From Octopus bimaculoides (taxonomy: Eukaryota), in contig NC_068982.1 in the NCBI RefSeq assembly GCF_001194135.2, forward strand, positions 33,714,921 through 33,778,920: a stretch of DNA of 64,000 nucleotides, written 5' to 3'. The first letter of the stretch is position 1. Each line of letters begins with the position of its first letter. A program made the position numbers and the translations under genes. Under the pieces are notes generated by a model. The model was given only the letters and a program-made list of their open reading frames with translations, was not told the origin of the DNA and ran no database searches. This document shows, piece after piece, positions 1-14,070 of this stretch.

Positions 1-226
1 TAGTGGAATAGTTTCATTTTTAAAGTGAAAGTATTTGATATGAGTGTTTTTGTTTCACTTTTGACACGTAATACTTAAATAGTGGAGGAGATATTATGTT
101 GCCGTGTGCTCGAACTCTGCAAGAAGTTAATAATTTTTTTTGACTAAAACACAACTGGAACCCTAAGTAAGGCATGTGTAAAATTTGAATGAAATTGGTT
201 GCGAAGTTCTCGAGTTTTAGGGATTC

Positions 227-261
<35 letters not shown>

Positions 262-295
262 CACACACATTCTCATTTTTATATATATAGATATA
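1..295 (+). mobile_element. Putative end of a non-autonomous Helentron/HINE (DINE-1-like) element
   Basis: Layout 'tgtgtaaaatttgaatgaaattggttgcg...ttttagggattca-(CAGA)n-(CA)n-ttctcatttttatatatatagat' resembles HINE/DINE-1 ends as I recall them. Single copy, truncated by the window start. Confidence 0.3.
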
Positions 296-674
296 TATAT
301 ATATATATATATATACAAATATATCAAAACACTACGCTCATTATTATATTAGATTTCCACACATCTGCATATGCATGCATGTATGTAAGGATGGGTGGAT
401 GGATGGATGGATGCGCACACACACACACACACACACAGATGTAAATGGTAAGCTTTCTGCAATTTCCATCTACCAAATTCCCTCATACAGCATATATCAG
501 CAAGGGCTATATATATATAGTGGAAGACACTGAAGGTGCTGCATAGTGTGTCACAACCCAAAACCATATGGTTAAAAACTGAACTTCTTAACAACACACA
601 TATACATGTGGTGGGAGGGAGTTTTAAATATTTATATACATGTTTAAAGAGACACACACATATACATGAAATAC

Positions 675-778
<104 letters not shown>

Positions 779-1059
779 TATACGAGTGTGTATGTGGATA
801 TATAAACACATACACACACACATATATATATATGTGCATACATATATGTATATATATATATATATATGTATATAAACATATATGAATATATAGGTAACCA
901 ACTGCAATTGATTTTTGTCATCTTAGTAGTCAGGTATCCAATGATGTAAAGGGCATTTTACGTTATGCAATGCACAAATTATGAATAAAATAGCATGCTA
1001 TTGAAACATATGTAGCACACATTGAACTGATATTATCCATTCTTCTTTTATCTTATGTG

Positions 1060-1095
<36 letters not shown>

Positions 1096-1599
1096 CATCA
1101 TCATTTAACGTCCATTTTCCAAGCTGGAATGGGTTGGATGGTTTGACAGGATCCAGTGAATTACAAGGCTACACTGAGCTCCAATGTACATATATAATAA
1201 ATAAATATGCTTATAAACATACATATATATATATACAAACACAACACAACACACAGCAATCTTTTTTCTGCTTGCCCAAATCCTCTTGCAAGGCTTTGAT
1301 CAGCCTAGGGCTATCATGAAAGACACTTCATCATAGTGCCATACATTGGCACTAAACACAAAACCACATGATTGGGAAACCTGCAACTATACATATATAC
1401 TTTTGTGTGTGCACACCTTTTGCCTATGCATATTAGAAACAATGCAAAGAGTAACAAAGCTGTTGTAAAGGCAATAAAGTGACTGGCCTACTGGGAACTT
1501 GCAACCAATAATGTTATTGTTCATAAAAATGCAACAGAAAATAAAAAAAAAAAAGTTATGTCAGATATGTAGGCATTAAACTCCTATGAGAGACATTAA

Positions 1600-1821
1600 C
1601 CTTTTAGCTTTGAAATTGGTCTTATCTGGCCCAAATATTCTACCCATTTTATGTTCAAAGCAGTCTCATCTGAACTCTAACACCTACCCTACAATGTCAT
1701 TCTAAAAATGAACAGTCACATTACTGAAACTTCAAAGCAACAAGATAATGTATGATTAATTTATGACAAAGTGAGCAAGTAAGTCATTATAACTTGACAG
1801 AGTAATTGGAATGCTGTAGGG
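1600..1821. mobile_element. piggyBac-type MITE, family P1 (degenerate copy)
   Basis: TTAA 1596-1599, ccttttagc...aatgctgtaggg, TTAA 1822-1825. Internal sequence is similar to copies at 12217 and 18437. Confidence 0.7.
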
Positions 1822-2458
1822 TTAAAACAGAAAGTAACTGTAAAAGCAGTCAATAAATCAAAGTAGTTTTGGATGCCAAAAAAGAAAACTCTATCAAATG
1901 CTATTAGCTTAAAATTTAGTAGATAAATCAAATAGAGATGGTTGTTGTTTAGCCCCCCCCCCCACCAGTTCTGATCAAGCAAACCTATGATCAAAGGCAA
2001 TCCAGTCATGACAACATCACTTTGTGTATCAAAGACTATTACTACTACTACTACTACTACTACTAATAATAATAATAATAATAATAATCCTTTCTACTAT
2101 AGGCACAAGGCCTGCAAATTTGGGGGAGGGGGCTGGTCAATTATATCAACACTAATACTACACTGGTACTTAATTGACCCCAAAAGGATGAAAAGTAAAA
2201 CCGACCTCAGTGGAATTTGAACTCAGAATGTAATGATGGACAAAATGCCACTAAACATTTTGCCTGGCATGCTAACAATTTTACCAGTACTTTTAAACAG
2301 TACAATGTGATTTGAGAGACCTATGGCTGCCATTTCTATCAGATTGAGTAACAGCTTAGATGTTCTCTAGAAGTAAATTAGCTTTGTAGATTAGAACATC
2401 AAGCTAATACTTTTAGGACCCAGTGTTCATAACTTACTGCCTGAATTAACTAAGATAG

Positions 2459-2518
2459 ATAGATAAGTATCCAGGCTGATGAGAAACAATAGATAAGTAT
2501 CCAGACTGATGGGAAACA
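2459..2518. repeat. 30-bp tandem duplication
   Basis: atagataagtatccaggctgatgagaaaca / atagataagtatccagactgatgggaaaca (2 mismatches). Confidence 0.9.
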
Positions 2519-4369
2519 AACAAGCATGGGGAAATTCCATAGCAATCATCTTCATGCTATGTGGACTAGAATTAAGCACTGGTCATGTAAATGTTGGTAG
2601 CTCATTTATAAACTATCATTTAAATATGGTCATATTAGCATGCAAATGCATACATATACATATGAAAAAGAAAAACAAGTATTCCCAGAAAGAAATACAA
2701 AAATACATATCAGATTTTGGCAGCTATGATAGCAGAGTAAAATATATTCCAATACTAAAATGCGTTTTGCTTTTATTTGTTAACATTTTGGTTAATACAG
2801 CAATTATTTCTTCTGAATTTGTAAAAGAAAAGAACTTCTAGCCTCATATTCTATGCTTTGATTAAAAGTCCATTTCTTACCAGCATGGAAAACAGGCATT
2901 AAATGATGATGATAAATAATTTGAGCAAACACAGAAGAGCCTAGGCAATAAGCCTTAGCAGTTGTTTTATTATTCTCCAATTCAGAAACAAACAGTTCTT
3001 AGTTCAAATCCTACTAGGCAAAACCTTGCTGTTAATTGTTTCAACCATTCAGATTGCTCTGTCAGGTGTAATGCTTATTTTTTTCACAATGTTTTGAATT
3101 AATCATGCATTATCTTAAGCTTTGAGATTTTGATGATGTAATTGTTTATTTTTTTTAAATGACACTATAAGGTAGGTGTGAGCGGCTGGACTAGCCCACT
3201 TTTAACAGAAAACAGGTAAACTATTTGAGATGGATACCACCAGTTTAAATGCTAGATGGTTAAGAATCAATAATCAAGTATAACATGCTTATACAAAGAA
3301 TTGGTTAATCAAAACATTAAAATATAAATCACTATTTATTTATATATTTAACCATACAAGAGATGAAGTTAACAGTCTAATCACATTTTACTATGCAATT
3401 TTCAAATGTATTTCTTTTAAAACTTCCTTCATAAACATAATCTTGCTTACCAAAGTAAAGAAATTTGAAAATAATTCAATTCACCATCTCATCTTGTCTC
3501 AGCTGAATTCAATTTTGTCCTAAGAGGACATGTATTGAACTTATATATAAATAGAATTATAACAAAAAGAAAAATTATCTTGTATGTCAAAGATTTAGGA
3601 ACTTCAAGAATGTGAAATGATTCTTTTCTGGAACAATTGAATTTTTAAATAGATAAAGCTACCAACAATAGCATGAAAATATTGGGTTAAAAACCCTTTG
3701 GATACAAAAAGTCAAAAGATGCCAATAGGACATGAACCAACATCTTTATACATGGCAAGCATTCTATTATTGGACCAAAGCAATTCTTCGAATTCCTCTA
3801 TTCATTTTAGAAACTTTATTATTACCAGTGAAAACTGAATATTGTAGACATCATAAGCATTTCCTACAGACAGCCAATGACTTTTTCTATACAAAGGAGG
3901 TTTTAGCCCAATATTTACGCACTATTATTTGCAGCTGTATCTGCTTTGAGATTCACTGTTCCAAAAACGAACTATCTTAATTTTTCCTTAGTTTCATAAG
4001 AAGACCCAATCTACATAATTCCCTTTTATTCAACACTAATTGTTAATTTAAATATTCAGATGTACATGAATTTTTGAGTATGCAAGACAAATTTGTTTTT
4101 GAAGTATACAAAAAAGAAATGATAACGTTTTCCTTTGAGGTTACTTTGTCTCAAAAACGTTTTAGATTTTTGACAATAGAAAGTTATTACGCAACAGAGT
4201 AAGCAATGGTGAATGTTTGCAAAGTTAAAATCAAACCAATAGGTTTAGTTATATCTGAGTTTCAGCATATTTGTGATAAAAGAATTAAAGGATTTAATAA
4301 AAAACCTGAATTAAATTTTCAAAGAATAGTAATTGTGACAATTTCAAAAGTTAAAAGTTCTGAAAACAT

Positions 4370-4762
4370 AGGTATGGGTGTGCGGTAAAAAGTTTTTCAT
4401 GGATTCAGTCTCAGTGTGTGTACCGTGTGCAAGTGTTGTTTATTGTAACCTCAAGCTGACCAAAGTCTAGGGAGTGGATTTGGTAGAGGGAAATTGAAAG
4501 AAGCCCATCATATATATGGATACATATATCTATGTGTATTTGTCATTGTACATGTGTTTGTCCCACACCACCGCTTGACAACCAGTGCTGGTGTGTTTAC
4601 GTCCCAGTAACTTAGCAGTTCGGCAAAAGAGTTTGCTAGAATAAGTACCAGGCTTTAAAAAAAAAAAAATAAGTACTGGGGTTGATTCGTTTGACTAAAA
4701 TTCTTCAAAGCAGTACCCCAGCATGACTGCAGTCTACTGACTGAAACAAATAAAAGCTAAAA
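4370..4762 (+). mobile_element. tRNA-derived SINE, family A (OK-like), diverged
   Basis: Colinear with the cleaner copies at 24474 and 57706 (gcaagtg..ttattgtaacc, gaaattgaaagaagccc, gactgaaacaaataaaag tail). Confidence 0.8.
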
Positions 4763-5330
4763 CATTATATCCACGCATTCTGTAATGAGCTTTGTTTAGC
4801 ACTTACATCTGACATGAACCCTTGGGCTCATAAGGTTGCAGCTTAACATAGTTTCCCTGGAGTAGATTACTGAAGGTACAACACTCCATCTCAGTGAACT
4901 AGACACCAGTCCATCACAAGGTTAACCTCCCAGTTATTGCTAAAACTAATTTACAGCTGAGTGAACTGCAATAATGTGAAATGAAGTGTTTTGCTCAAGA
5001 ATACAGTCTAAGAATCAAAAACCACTATCTTAAAACCATGAGTACAACATTCTAACCAGTAGGCCATGCACCTTCACAAAGCCTTAAGAAGACCAAAAAA
5101 TGACAATATAAAAAGACTTACATCAAAATCTGATATATCTAACAGTATTTTGGTAAATTTTATAAATGCTGCAGTAGGAATCTTTTAAAAACCACCAGCA
5201 AAACCAACCAACTCAATCAAAACATCAAGTTTACTAAACTCATACATGGGACTTTACACAGACTAAAAGGAGGACATAAACTGATCATATAGAAAGGAAA
5301 AGTAATATATAAAAAAAAACTATTATATAC

Positions 5331-5361
5331 CTGTTTTGTCTTTACCATTTGCATTACCCAT
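5331..5361 (-). CDS. Candidate first coding segment MGNANGKDKT(G|) of an unidentified spliced gene; possible N-myristoylation motif
   Basis: ATG at 5361-5359 in good context (aaggATGG), 10 codons plus 1 nt, then ACAG|gtatat donor. It lies at the 3' end of a 371-nt exon (5701-5331) with acceptor tttttttaattttttactcaacttcatag. No downstream exon identified with confidence. Confidence 0.3.
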
Positions 5362-7006
5362 CCTTGTTTGTAAATATCCTTTCAATGGAAACAAACCGCT
5401 ATATCCAGAGTAGATTTGTTCAAAGCGTTGAACCAGAGCAAAGTGTAGCAAGCATAACTCAAATGGTTGAAAAACATATTAAAAAGACAAATATTCTACT
5501 GCACACTGTTATACTCTAGTGAGCAGTGCTAAATACAACCAACAGTAAATAGGTTTCTTCCATTGATTCAAATATAGTTTCCTGTTGAAGACTGCTGCTT
5601 AGTTATTATTTTTTTCAGTGGAATGTATTGAATATTGAGATGTAGCAACAGGGATGAGATACAGCTTCACGAGAACAGTGTTATTATCAATAAATGGATC
5701 ACTATGAAGTTGAGTAAAAAATTAAAAAAAATTTTTTTTTAAATATATAAAAAAAAAAACAGCAGCCAAATAAAAAGTGACAGCTGTTTAAAGTTACTCC
5801 ATTGTTTACAACAATCACCAAGTGAATTCTAATGTCATATATGTATTCAGTGCTTCGATACTTCGATTAAATTAATGAACTCAGAACACTGATATAAAAA
5901 AAAGGCAAGAACGAGGAGTGATGGTGGGGGGGGGGGGAATAAGTATGGAAAGCACTAATAGAAAAAAANNNNNNNNNNATCTGTGATTAGTGTTCATTTA
6001 TGGGGAATAAGTATGGAAAGCACTAATAGAAAAAAAAATGACAGAGTGGAGGAAAAACAGAGCTGAATGGAAAATGTAGCTCAGAAGCAACTGGAGGTTC
6101 CTGAAGCTAATCTTCCATTAACATAATTAGAAAGAAATATAACTCAACTATTGCAAATGGACTTAGAATTTACTACATTTCCAAATGAAAATTTAGGAAA
6201 ATGTTTACTGAAAGTTGATGATTTGTGGAAGCATGGAAGCATTGGTTTCATATAAAACTGATAAGATAAGAGATAGTTAACAATGATATTACTAAATATT
6301 CTGCATTGTAACTGTTAAACAATAGAAATTAAGTGTCCACATTCAAATGAAATTTCAACAAAGACATGCTTTTTTATTTTTTTCTCATTCATTCGACAAA
6401 CATAGCAAACATTTTTTCCCTTTTTGTGTTTATAACATTCCAAATAAGAGGTAATGAACCCATTACTAACACAGAAAATTAGTAGACAATGTGTAACTTA
6501 GCTGATACATTTACAATTTCTTTTCACAACCAACCGCAATTATGAATTATGTCACCATACATAATGTAATTGAACCAAAATAAGGGAAGCCACTGTATAC
6601 AATATAAAAGAACTACTAAAAAGTGCAGATTAATATATATAACTAGTTATTAGATAACTATCTTAACAAACCAAAATTTATATATCAATGTTGAGAGAAG
6701 CAAATTTTTAGAGGAATTCAATCCAACAAATCAACCATTCCTCTCTCACTGATGGGTAAAGACTTTCCCTTTATTCCACTATAACTTTATACTTTGGATC
6801 CTGATTCCCAATATCTGTAATAGTTCTAGTTCTTCATGAGTATTAGCGGATGTTACTATGTATACATAATTGGTAACAAGTAGCCCCTGCTGCATAATCC
6901 TCATTCCACTAATCCTAAAGCTAAAGTTGAACTTTGGTTTAATTTTACAGATCCAACAGAAACAGTTGTTTAAATTACTAGATTTGAAAGTTACTGATTA
7001 ATTATA

Positions 7007-7394
7007 TATTGTGTTGTTGGCACTCCGTCGCTTATGACGTCGAGGGTTCCAGTTGATCCGATCAACGGAACAGCCTGCTCGTGAAATTAACCTGCAAGTG
7101 GCTGAGCACTCCACAGACACATGTACCCTTAACGTAGTTCTCGGGGATATTCAGTGTGACACAGTGTGACAAGGCTGACCCTATGAATTACAGGCACAAC
7201 AGAAACAGGAAGTAAGAGTGAGAGAAAGTTGTGGTGAAAGAGTACAGCAGGGTTCGCCACCATCCCCTACCGGAGCCTCATGGGGGTTTTAGGTGTTTTC
7301 GCTCAATAAACACTCACAACACCCAGTCTGGGAATCGAAACCGCGATCCTATGACCGCGAGTGTGCTGCCCTAACCACTGGGTATTGTGCCTCC
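7007..7394 (-). mobile_element. tRNA-derived SINE, family C, full length with 14-bp TSD
   Basis: Minus-strand tRNA-like head ggaggcacaatacccagtggttagggcagcac...tttcgattccc. TSD ACTGATTAATTATA at 6993-7006 and 7395-7408. Related copies at 12104-12640 and 27535-27850. Confidence 0.9.
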
Positions 7395-8375
7395 ACTGAT
7401 TAATTATAGAGTAACAATTATTATTATCTTTTACTTGTTTTAATCATTAGACTGCAGCCATGCTGGGGCACCACCTTGAAGACTTTTTAGTCAAATCAAT
7501 CAACTCCAGTACTTAATTTTTTGCTAAGCATGGTACTTATTCTATTGGTTTCTTTTGCTAAATGATTTTCCTCACAGAAAATAAATAAATGAATAAATAA
7601 ATAGTTGCAGCATGTAAGAGAGAGAGTTCATGATGTCAAATATTGGAAACTATGACACCCAGAATCAGTTTATTCAAAACTTTCAAGATTTCATAGGTTT
7701 TTTTATGGGGATTTCTTGCAAAACTTCCATCTCTATCCAAAATGATGGTATGAGTCACCATGGGATCTCTATCAGAGATCACTCAACTTGGTAGAAATAA
7801 CAGCTGAATCTACCTCAAATTACACCCTACCATCTTCCAAAAAAAGGGTAAGACTCATTAGATAATATAGTTCTAAATATGCTTAAAAAGATAGTATGAT
7901 CACAGCTGCAATGTCTTCTTTTAAGCTCAATCGGGGTTGACATGGGGTTAAGCAACAACATCCAAACACAAATATAATCCATGCTTTGCCAAAAAGATCT
8001 CATAAGGCCAAAGTATGTCCATAGTTGTTTCCCATACTTGTCAAAATGATTAAACTATTATTTATTGAGTTAATAAAGTCTCCTGATTCTTGAAGCTAAA
8101 TTTGATCGCATATGAATCATAGGCATTTTTGTAAACAACTGTACCATTGGCCACAGGTTGCCAATGAGCTCATTACTGGTGATAAACCCACTAGATTTGG
8201 ATGATGAAAACGGAATATTTATTCACTTAAATGCTAATTCACCAAGCTTGGTTGTTCAGTTGTTCAAACAACTTTCATGGTTGACAACCAATTAGGAAGG
8301 CAACACCTGACAACAACACAGTTGGTGAAATATCATCGAAGAAACCAGTTCGAATTTATCATTATATAAACATAT

Positions 8376-8510
8376 TTATTATTATTCATTATATTATCAT
8401 ATATTTATTATATTATTTATTATTATTCATTATATTATCATATATATATTATATTATTTATTATTATTCATTATATTATCATATATTTATTATATTATTT
8501 ATTATTATTA
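8376..8510. repeat. AT-rich minisatellite, about 40-bp unit, about 3.5 copies
   Basis: Repeated tattattattcattatattatcatatatttattatattatt. Confidence 0.85.
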
Positions 8511-11500
8511 TAAGAATATAATATATGTTAATAAATTTTAATTTTTCAATTGACAATTGTAGGTCTCCATTTTCTTTTCATTTTTATAAATTTAATATAT
8601 TCCCATGCAAAGTGTAAAGTTTCTCTCTACTAAATTAGATATAAACAGTTGAGCCAGTGAAAAATTGGATGTTTTCATCCCTATTTTCCTTGTATTGGTT
8701 TTAATTCAGAATATTACTTGTGTTATATATATGTGTGTGTATAAATAAAGATGCAGGTGTGGCTGTATGGTAAGTTTGCTTCCCATCTATATGGTTTCAG
8801 GTTCAGTCCTACTCCATGGTGCTATAGGCAAGTGTCTTCTACTATAGCTGAACAAAATCTTGTGTGAATGGATCTGGTGAATGGAAACCAAAGAAAGCCT
8901 CTGTGTGTGGGGGGGGGGGGAGCATCCAGATAATATTATTTATATATATATTATACACATACAAACATCATTATCATCATCGGTTAATGTTTGTCTTCCA
9001 TATTTTCAGTCAGTTTGACAGGATCAGATGTGCCAATGGACTGTGTCAAGCTCCAATATCTGCTTTGGCACAGTTTCTACACCTTAATGCCACTTTAAAG
9101 GGTGTACTGGCTACCTTTGCATGACACTGGCACTAGAGAAGTTGACAAGTAACTTGCAAGACAAAGAAGCCACCTCTGCTGCGTGGTAGAGAGGGGAGTG
9201 GCTTTATGTCATGTATTGAGAAACAAAAATATGATAGAGAGTCAGGAAAAGGTCTCTTCANNNNNNNNNNNNNNNNNNNNNNNNNNNNNNNNNNNNNNNN
9301 NNNNNNNNNNNNNNNNNNNNNNNNNNNNNNNNNNNNNNNNNNNNNNNNNNNNNNNNNNNNATAATGTATATTTATATATATATATATATATATAATGTAT
9401 ATGAAAGTGCATGACCTGGTTGGGCTCATGCTCATACAAAAGGTTTGATTCCTGGACCAGATGGGGCATAGAGTCCTTGAGCAAAGCACTTCATTTCACA
9501 TTATACTCCATTCTACTCAGCTGAAATAAGTACCAGCTGAGTATTCGTGCAGCCCTCTCTCCCTTGACCTCACACATTCAATGACAGACCAAATGTGTGT
9601 CTACCTATGACAGCATGGGTACCTAAAACTATTATCAAAAAGTGTGGTATGTGCTACGAAATATTCAACTTGTATGATTAATACTATTCAGAGAATGAAG
9701 AAGAATCGGAGATCCTGGAGAAGTGGTTACACATGCAACAAGAACAGCGTATACAAGAGACTCTATAGCAGTAAAGCATCAGTAAATAATTAATAATCTC
9801 ATTTATTACCTAATAAAACTGAATATTTTTATTATCATATTAGTTGTGCTAAGACAAATAAAGGGGGAAATATATTCAAACACTAAGCCATTATTCATAA
9901 TCCAATAATAACTAATATGAAATGACAATACACTATCGTCTTTTGATGGTATGGATACACCTATCATTATAATCATTTAGTGTTTGCTTTCCATGCTGGC
10001 ATAGTTTAGCTGGTTTGACTAGAAGTGGTAAGTCGGAGAGCTGTGCCAAGTTCCAGTCTGGTTTGGCATGGTTTCAATGGCTGGTTGCTCTTCCTAATGT
10101 CAACCACTCCGAGAGTGTAATGGTTACTTTTATGTGCCACCAGCATGAATGTCAGTTACGTGATTGCGTTTCACTTGGCTTGACGAGTCTTCTCTGTGAA
10201 TAATAAATCTTTGTTAGCTATGTGGCTTTTTGGGTTCAGTCTCACTATACAGAAATTTGGGCAAGTGTCTTCTGCTGTAGCATCATGTGAGTGAATTTGT
10301 TAGATGGAAACTACACAAAGCCCATTATGTGTCTGTGTGTTTGTGTGAGAGAGAGTGAATGTTCTCATTCTGTACTGAGCTAAGCTATGGACTGTATCAT
10401 TTATTAACAATTTCCCAGTTCACAAATTATCTGGTAGTGGTGTACTTTTGAAGAAGAGTTGAATGAAAACTTCCTTACTTGAAAAATAAGGTAAGGGTTA
10501 GTGACAGGAAGAGCATTCAGTTGTTAAATAATGCCTTAATAATATCTATTCATCTAACCCATGCAAGCATGGAAAAACTGGACATAGAATGAATGACTGA
10601 ATGCTATATGTGAGTGTATATGTATGTATGTATGTATATCTGTTTGTCGGTCATTTCTCCCCTTCTCTCTCTAAACATATATATACAGATACATACATAT
10701 AAATACATACATTCACACACGCCCATCTAGTGGGGAGGTCTCTAATAAGATAGACATCTAAACAGATTGTTAATAGAATAATGTTGACATGAAGTTCTGT
10801 GAAGTTCATGTAAACATGTACATTATTAATACGGCATTTGAAAAAAATATAACATTTTTTTAGTTATTTTAAAATCTATTTTATCCTTCCAGTTGAAATA
10901 GCCATTTCAATTTTAGTCCCAAATTAAAATAGCACTCTCAGTTGTTGCTGCTGTAACGATTTCAACTTTTGGCCAAAGACCAACAATTTTAGGGGAGAGG
11001 TTAAGTGCCCAACTGATACTTATTTTATTGACCCCATAAGGATGAAAGGCAAGATCATTGTTAGTGGAATTTGAACTCAGGATGTAAGGCCAGAAGAAAT
11101 GCCATTGAGTATTTTATCAGGCCTACTGATGATTCTTCTAGCTTGCTACCTTTGCTGTTATTGTTATGTGTCTTTGTTTAACCTCAAATTAACCTTGATT
11201 GATTAGATCTATGACAATCCTGCTGTTTATTCAGACTTATTGTCTAGAAAGAACTACATCAACTAATGTGTCTTTTATGGTGTGTGTAAGTGAGTGTGTG
11301 TGTTTGTGAATGTGTATGCATGTGTGTGTAGTTTGAGAGAGATTTGGCTGCCATTTCTAGTAGATCAAGTGACTGTGTTGAGGCTCCTTTGCTCTTTTTG
11401 TTGTTTATGTAGGCAGAACAGTGTATGAATACTAAGTGCCATAATAATTTACAATTATGTTTCAATTATTGCAACACTATGCTGTTTTGCTCTTGTTTCA

Positions 11501-12103
11501 CCTGTTATCTGAGACAGTTTTTTTATGTTGAATAGCTAATATTATTAGGCAGCACCTTGTTATGCTGACAATATTACGCCCCAGTCTGTATAGAATTGAA
11601 TGATATCTCTGGTCTCAATAACATCTTTACTTCAGTATCAGATATCGTTTATTTTCTCTTTTTCCGTTGTTTCCACCTACTTTTTATTCAATTATGTCCT
11701 TAAATATCAAGAGATCTGATAAAAGTATGAACCTATTTGTATATTTATTATTTTATATTGCAGTCACTGATTTATTGCATTTCTCACAAGTATGTCAAGG
11801 GTGTGTCTGTATGTAGATGTAGAACAAATATATCAAAGCACTTTTGTTCGTGAAGCACCATTTTTTTTTTTTTATTAGTTGCTGATATACAATGGCTAGA
11901 GATACACATATGCATGTATATGTAAATGCCAAATTTACACACAGCTTCCATCTTTCAAAATCCACTTCCAGGAAATTGGTCAGTCTGAAGTTATGGTAGA
12001 AGACACCTGTCCTAAGCACCATGCGGTAGGATTGATCCCTGGTTCATAATCTTGCAAGACAAACTTCTCTATATTGCTGCAAGCATAATTGTGTGGCTAT
12101 TTG

Positions 12104-12640
12104 GCACTCTGTCAGTTATGGCGATGAGGGTTCCAGTTGATCCAATCAATGGAACAGCCTGCTCATGAAATTAATGTGCAAGTGGCTGAGCATTCCACAG
12201 ACACACGTACCTTTAACCCTTTAGCATTTAAACCGGCCATATCCGGTCAAAATATTCTACCTGTTTTATGTTCAAACTGGCCAGATGTGGCCCCCTCACA
12301 CCTATCCTGCAATATCATTCTGAAATTTAATAGTTACCTCATGAACATTTCAAAGCTATCAGAGAATACATGATTAATTCAAAACAACGATAATAAATAA
12401 ATAATGCATTAGACAGAATAATCTGAATGCTAAAGGGTTAATGTAGTTCTCAGAGTGATTTAGCATGACACAAAATGTGAGAAGGCTGGCCCTTTGAAAT
12501 ACAGGTACTTCTCATTTTTACCAGCCAAGTGGACTGGAGCAATGTGAAATAAAGTGTCCTGCTCAAGGACACAACATGCTGCTTGGAATTGAACTCATGA
12601 CTTCATGATTGTGAGCTGAAAACACTAACCACTAAGCTAC
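12104..12640 (-). mobile_element. SINE family C interrupted by a piggyBac-type MITE
   Basis: Matches 7007-7394 on both sides of the 12217-12437 insertion. Confidence 0.85.
12217..12437. mobile_element. piggyBac-type MITE, family P1
   Basis: TTAA|CCCTTTAGCATT...AATGCTAAAGGG|TTAA: perfect 12-bp TIRs and a duplicated TTAA. Confidence 0.92.
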
Positions 12641-13689
12641 ATGCCTCCATGTAGAATATTATTTAGAATAATGTAACAAAAAGAGAGGGGAGTGGAAAAA
12701 ACTGGCTGCATAGTTAAGAAACTTACTTTGTAGTCTTATGGTTTTTAGTTCAGTCCCACAGTGCTGTGCTTTGAGCAAATATTTTCTACTATAGCCCTAG
12801 TCTGACTAATGTTTTCTGAGTGAATTTGGTAGAAGGAAACTGAGTGGAAACCTGTTGTCTCTACCTGCTTTTTGAAAACCAGTGTTAGTTTTTAAAAACT
12901 CCCTGTAACTTAGTGGTTTGGCAAAACAGATGGATAGAATAAGTACCAGAATTAAAAAGAAAAAAAAGATACTGGAGTTGATTTGTTCAACTAAACCCTT
13001 CGGGGCAGTGTCTTGCAGTATGGCCGCAGTCCAATGAGTGAAACAAGTAAAAATATGATAAAAGACACTATTAGAATATATGATCATCTCTTATGATTTC
13101 GATGGTTGAAGCATGGTAATTCATTTCTTCTTGGATACACATTTATGTGTGTGTGTCTGTCTTTGTGTTGGAGTTGAGTAGTGAGGTGTTCATTGATTAG
13201 ACAATTACTGACTGAAAAGAAAAATTAATATAAAGCTTGCATTGATAATGATATAACAAAGGGCATATTTCTTTTGATAAATTTCCTTTTATGATGATGA
13301 TGATGATGGTTGTTCCATATTGCTTTTTTCACTGTCAATACTTTATCGACTAATATAAAATTGTCGAATATGAAACACAATTAAGTTACAAGGATGAAAG
13401 GAAAGATGGTATTGTTATGATCTTGTCTTGAAGTGAATTATATAAACAACAGAACTAATTGGTTCAATATGGCTTCTGTCCTTAATCTTTTATTTGTTTC
13501 ACTCATTGGACTGGGGCCATGCTGGAGCACTGTTATGAAGGGTTTAGGCAAAAAAATCAACCCCAGCACTTATTTTTAAAGCCTGGTATTTATTCTATCA
13601 CTCTCCATTTTCAAACCACTAAGTTGTCAAGCCCTGGTGGTGTACAAACACATAGATATACATGCATACATACATATGTATATAATATA

Positions 13690-14070
13690 CAGGAGTGGCT
13701 GTGTGGTAAGTAGCTTGCTTCCCAACTACATGGTTCCGGTTTCAGTCTCATTGCATGGCACCTTGGGCAAGTGTTTTCTATTATAACCTCAGGCTGACCA
13801 AAACTTTGTGAGTGGATATGGTTGACAGAAACTGAAAGAAGCCCGTTGTATACATATGTATATATGTATGTGTTTGTGTATGTGTCTGTGTTTGTCCCCC
13901 CGCCCAACATCACTTGACAACTGATGCTGGTGCCTTTACATCCCCGTAACCTAGCAGTTTGGCAAAAGAGACCGATAGAATAAGTACTAGGTTTACAAAG
14001 AATAAGTCCTGGTGTCGATTTGCTTGACTAAAGGTGGTGCTCCAGCATGACTGCAGTCAAATAAAAGAAT
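13690..14070 (+). mobile_element. SINE family A
   Basis: Head caggagtggctgtgtggtaagtagcttgc, core caccttgggcaagtg, internal (TA)/(TG) tract, tail gactaaaggtggtgctccagcatgactgcagtc. Confidence 0.9.

Noticed and set aside
5122-5168. Possible second coding exon (ctgcag|...TTTGAT|gtaagt; AFIKFTKILLDISDFD); similar candidates at 3863-3826 and ending in a stop near 3915
   Set aside because: In phase with the MGN exon, but several mutually exclusive options fit equally well and none gives a recognisable protein.
5936-6038. Direct repeat of about 35 bp (ggggaataagtatggaaagcactaatagaaaaaaa)
   Set aside because: The copies flank a 10-N gap; most likely a contig-overlap artefact.
6067-6255. Codon-like stretch MENVAQKQLEVPEANLPLT*LERNITQLLQMDLEF...
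   Set aside because: Internal stop, no splice support and no recognisable homology.
9690-9768. Purine-rich exon-like segment after ctattcag| (ENEEESEILEKWLHMQQEQRIQETL*)
   Set aside because: All three frames are briefly open, and there are no partner exons on the + strand.
11764-11789. 26-nt plus-strand micro-exon candidate (tattgcag|...CAA|gtatgt)
   Set aside because: Isolated; such site pairs arise by chance in AT-rich DNA.
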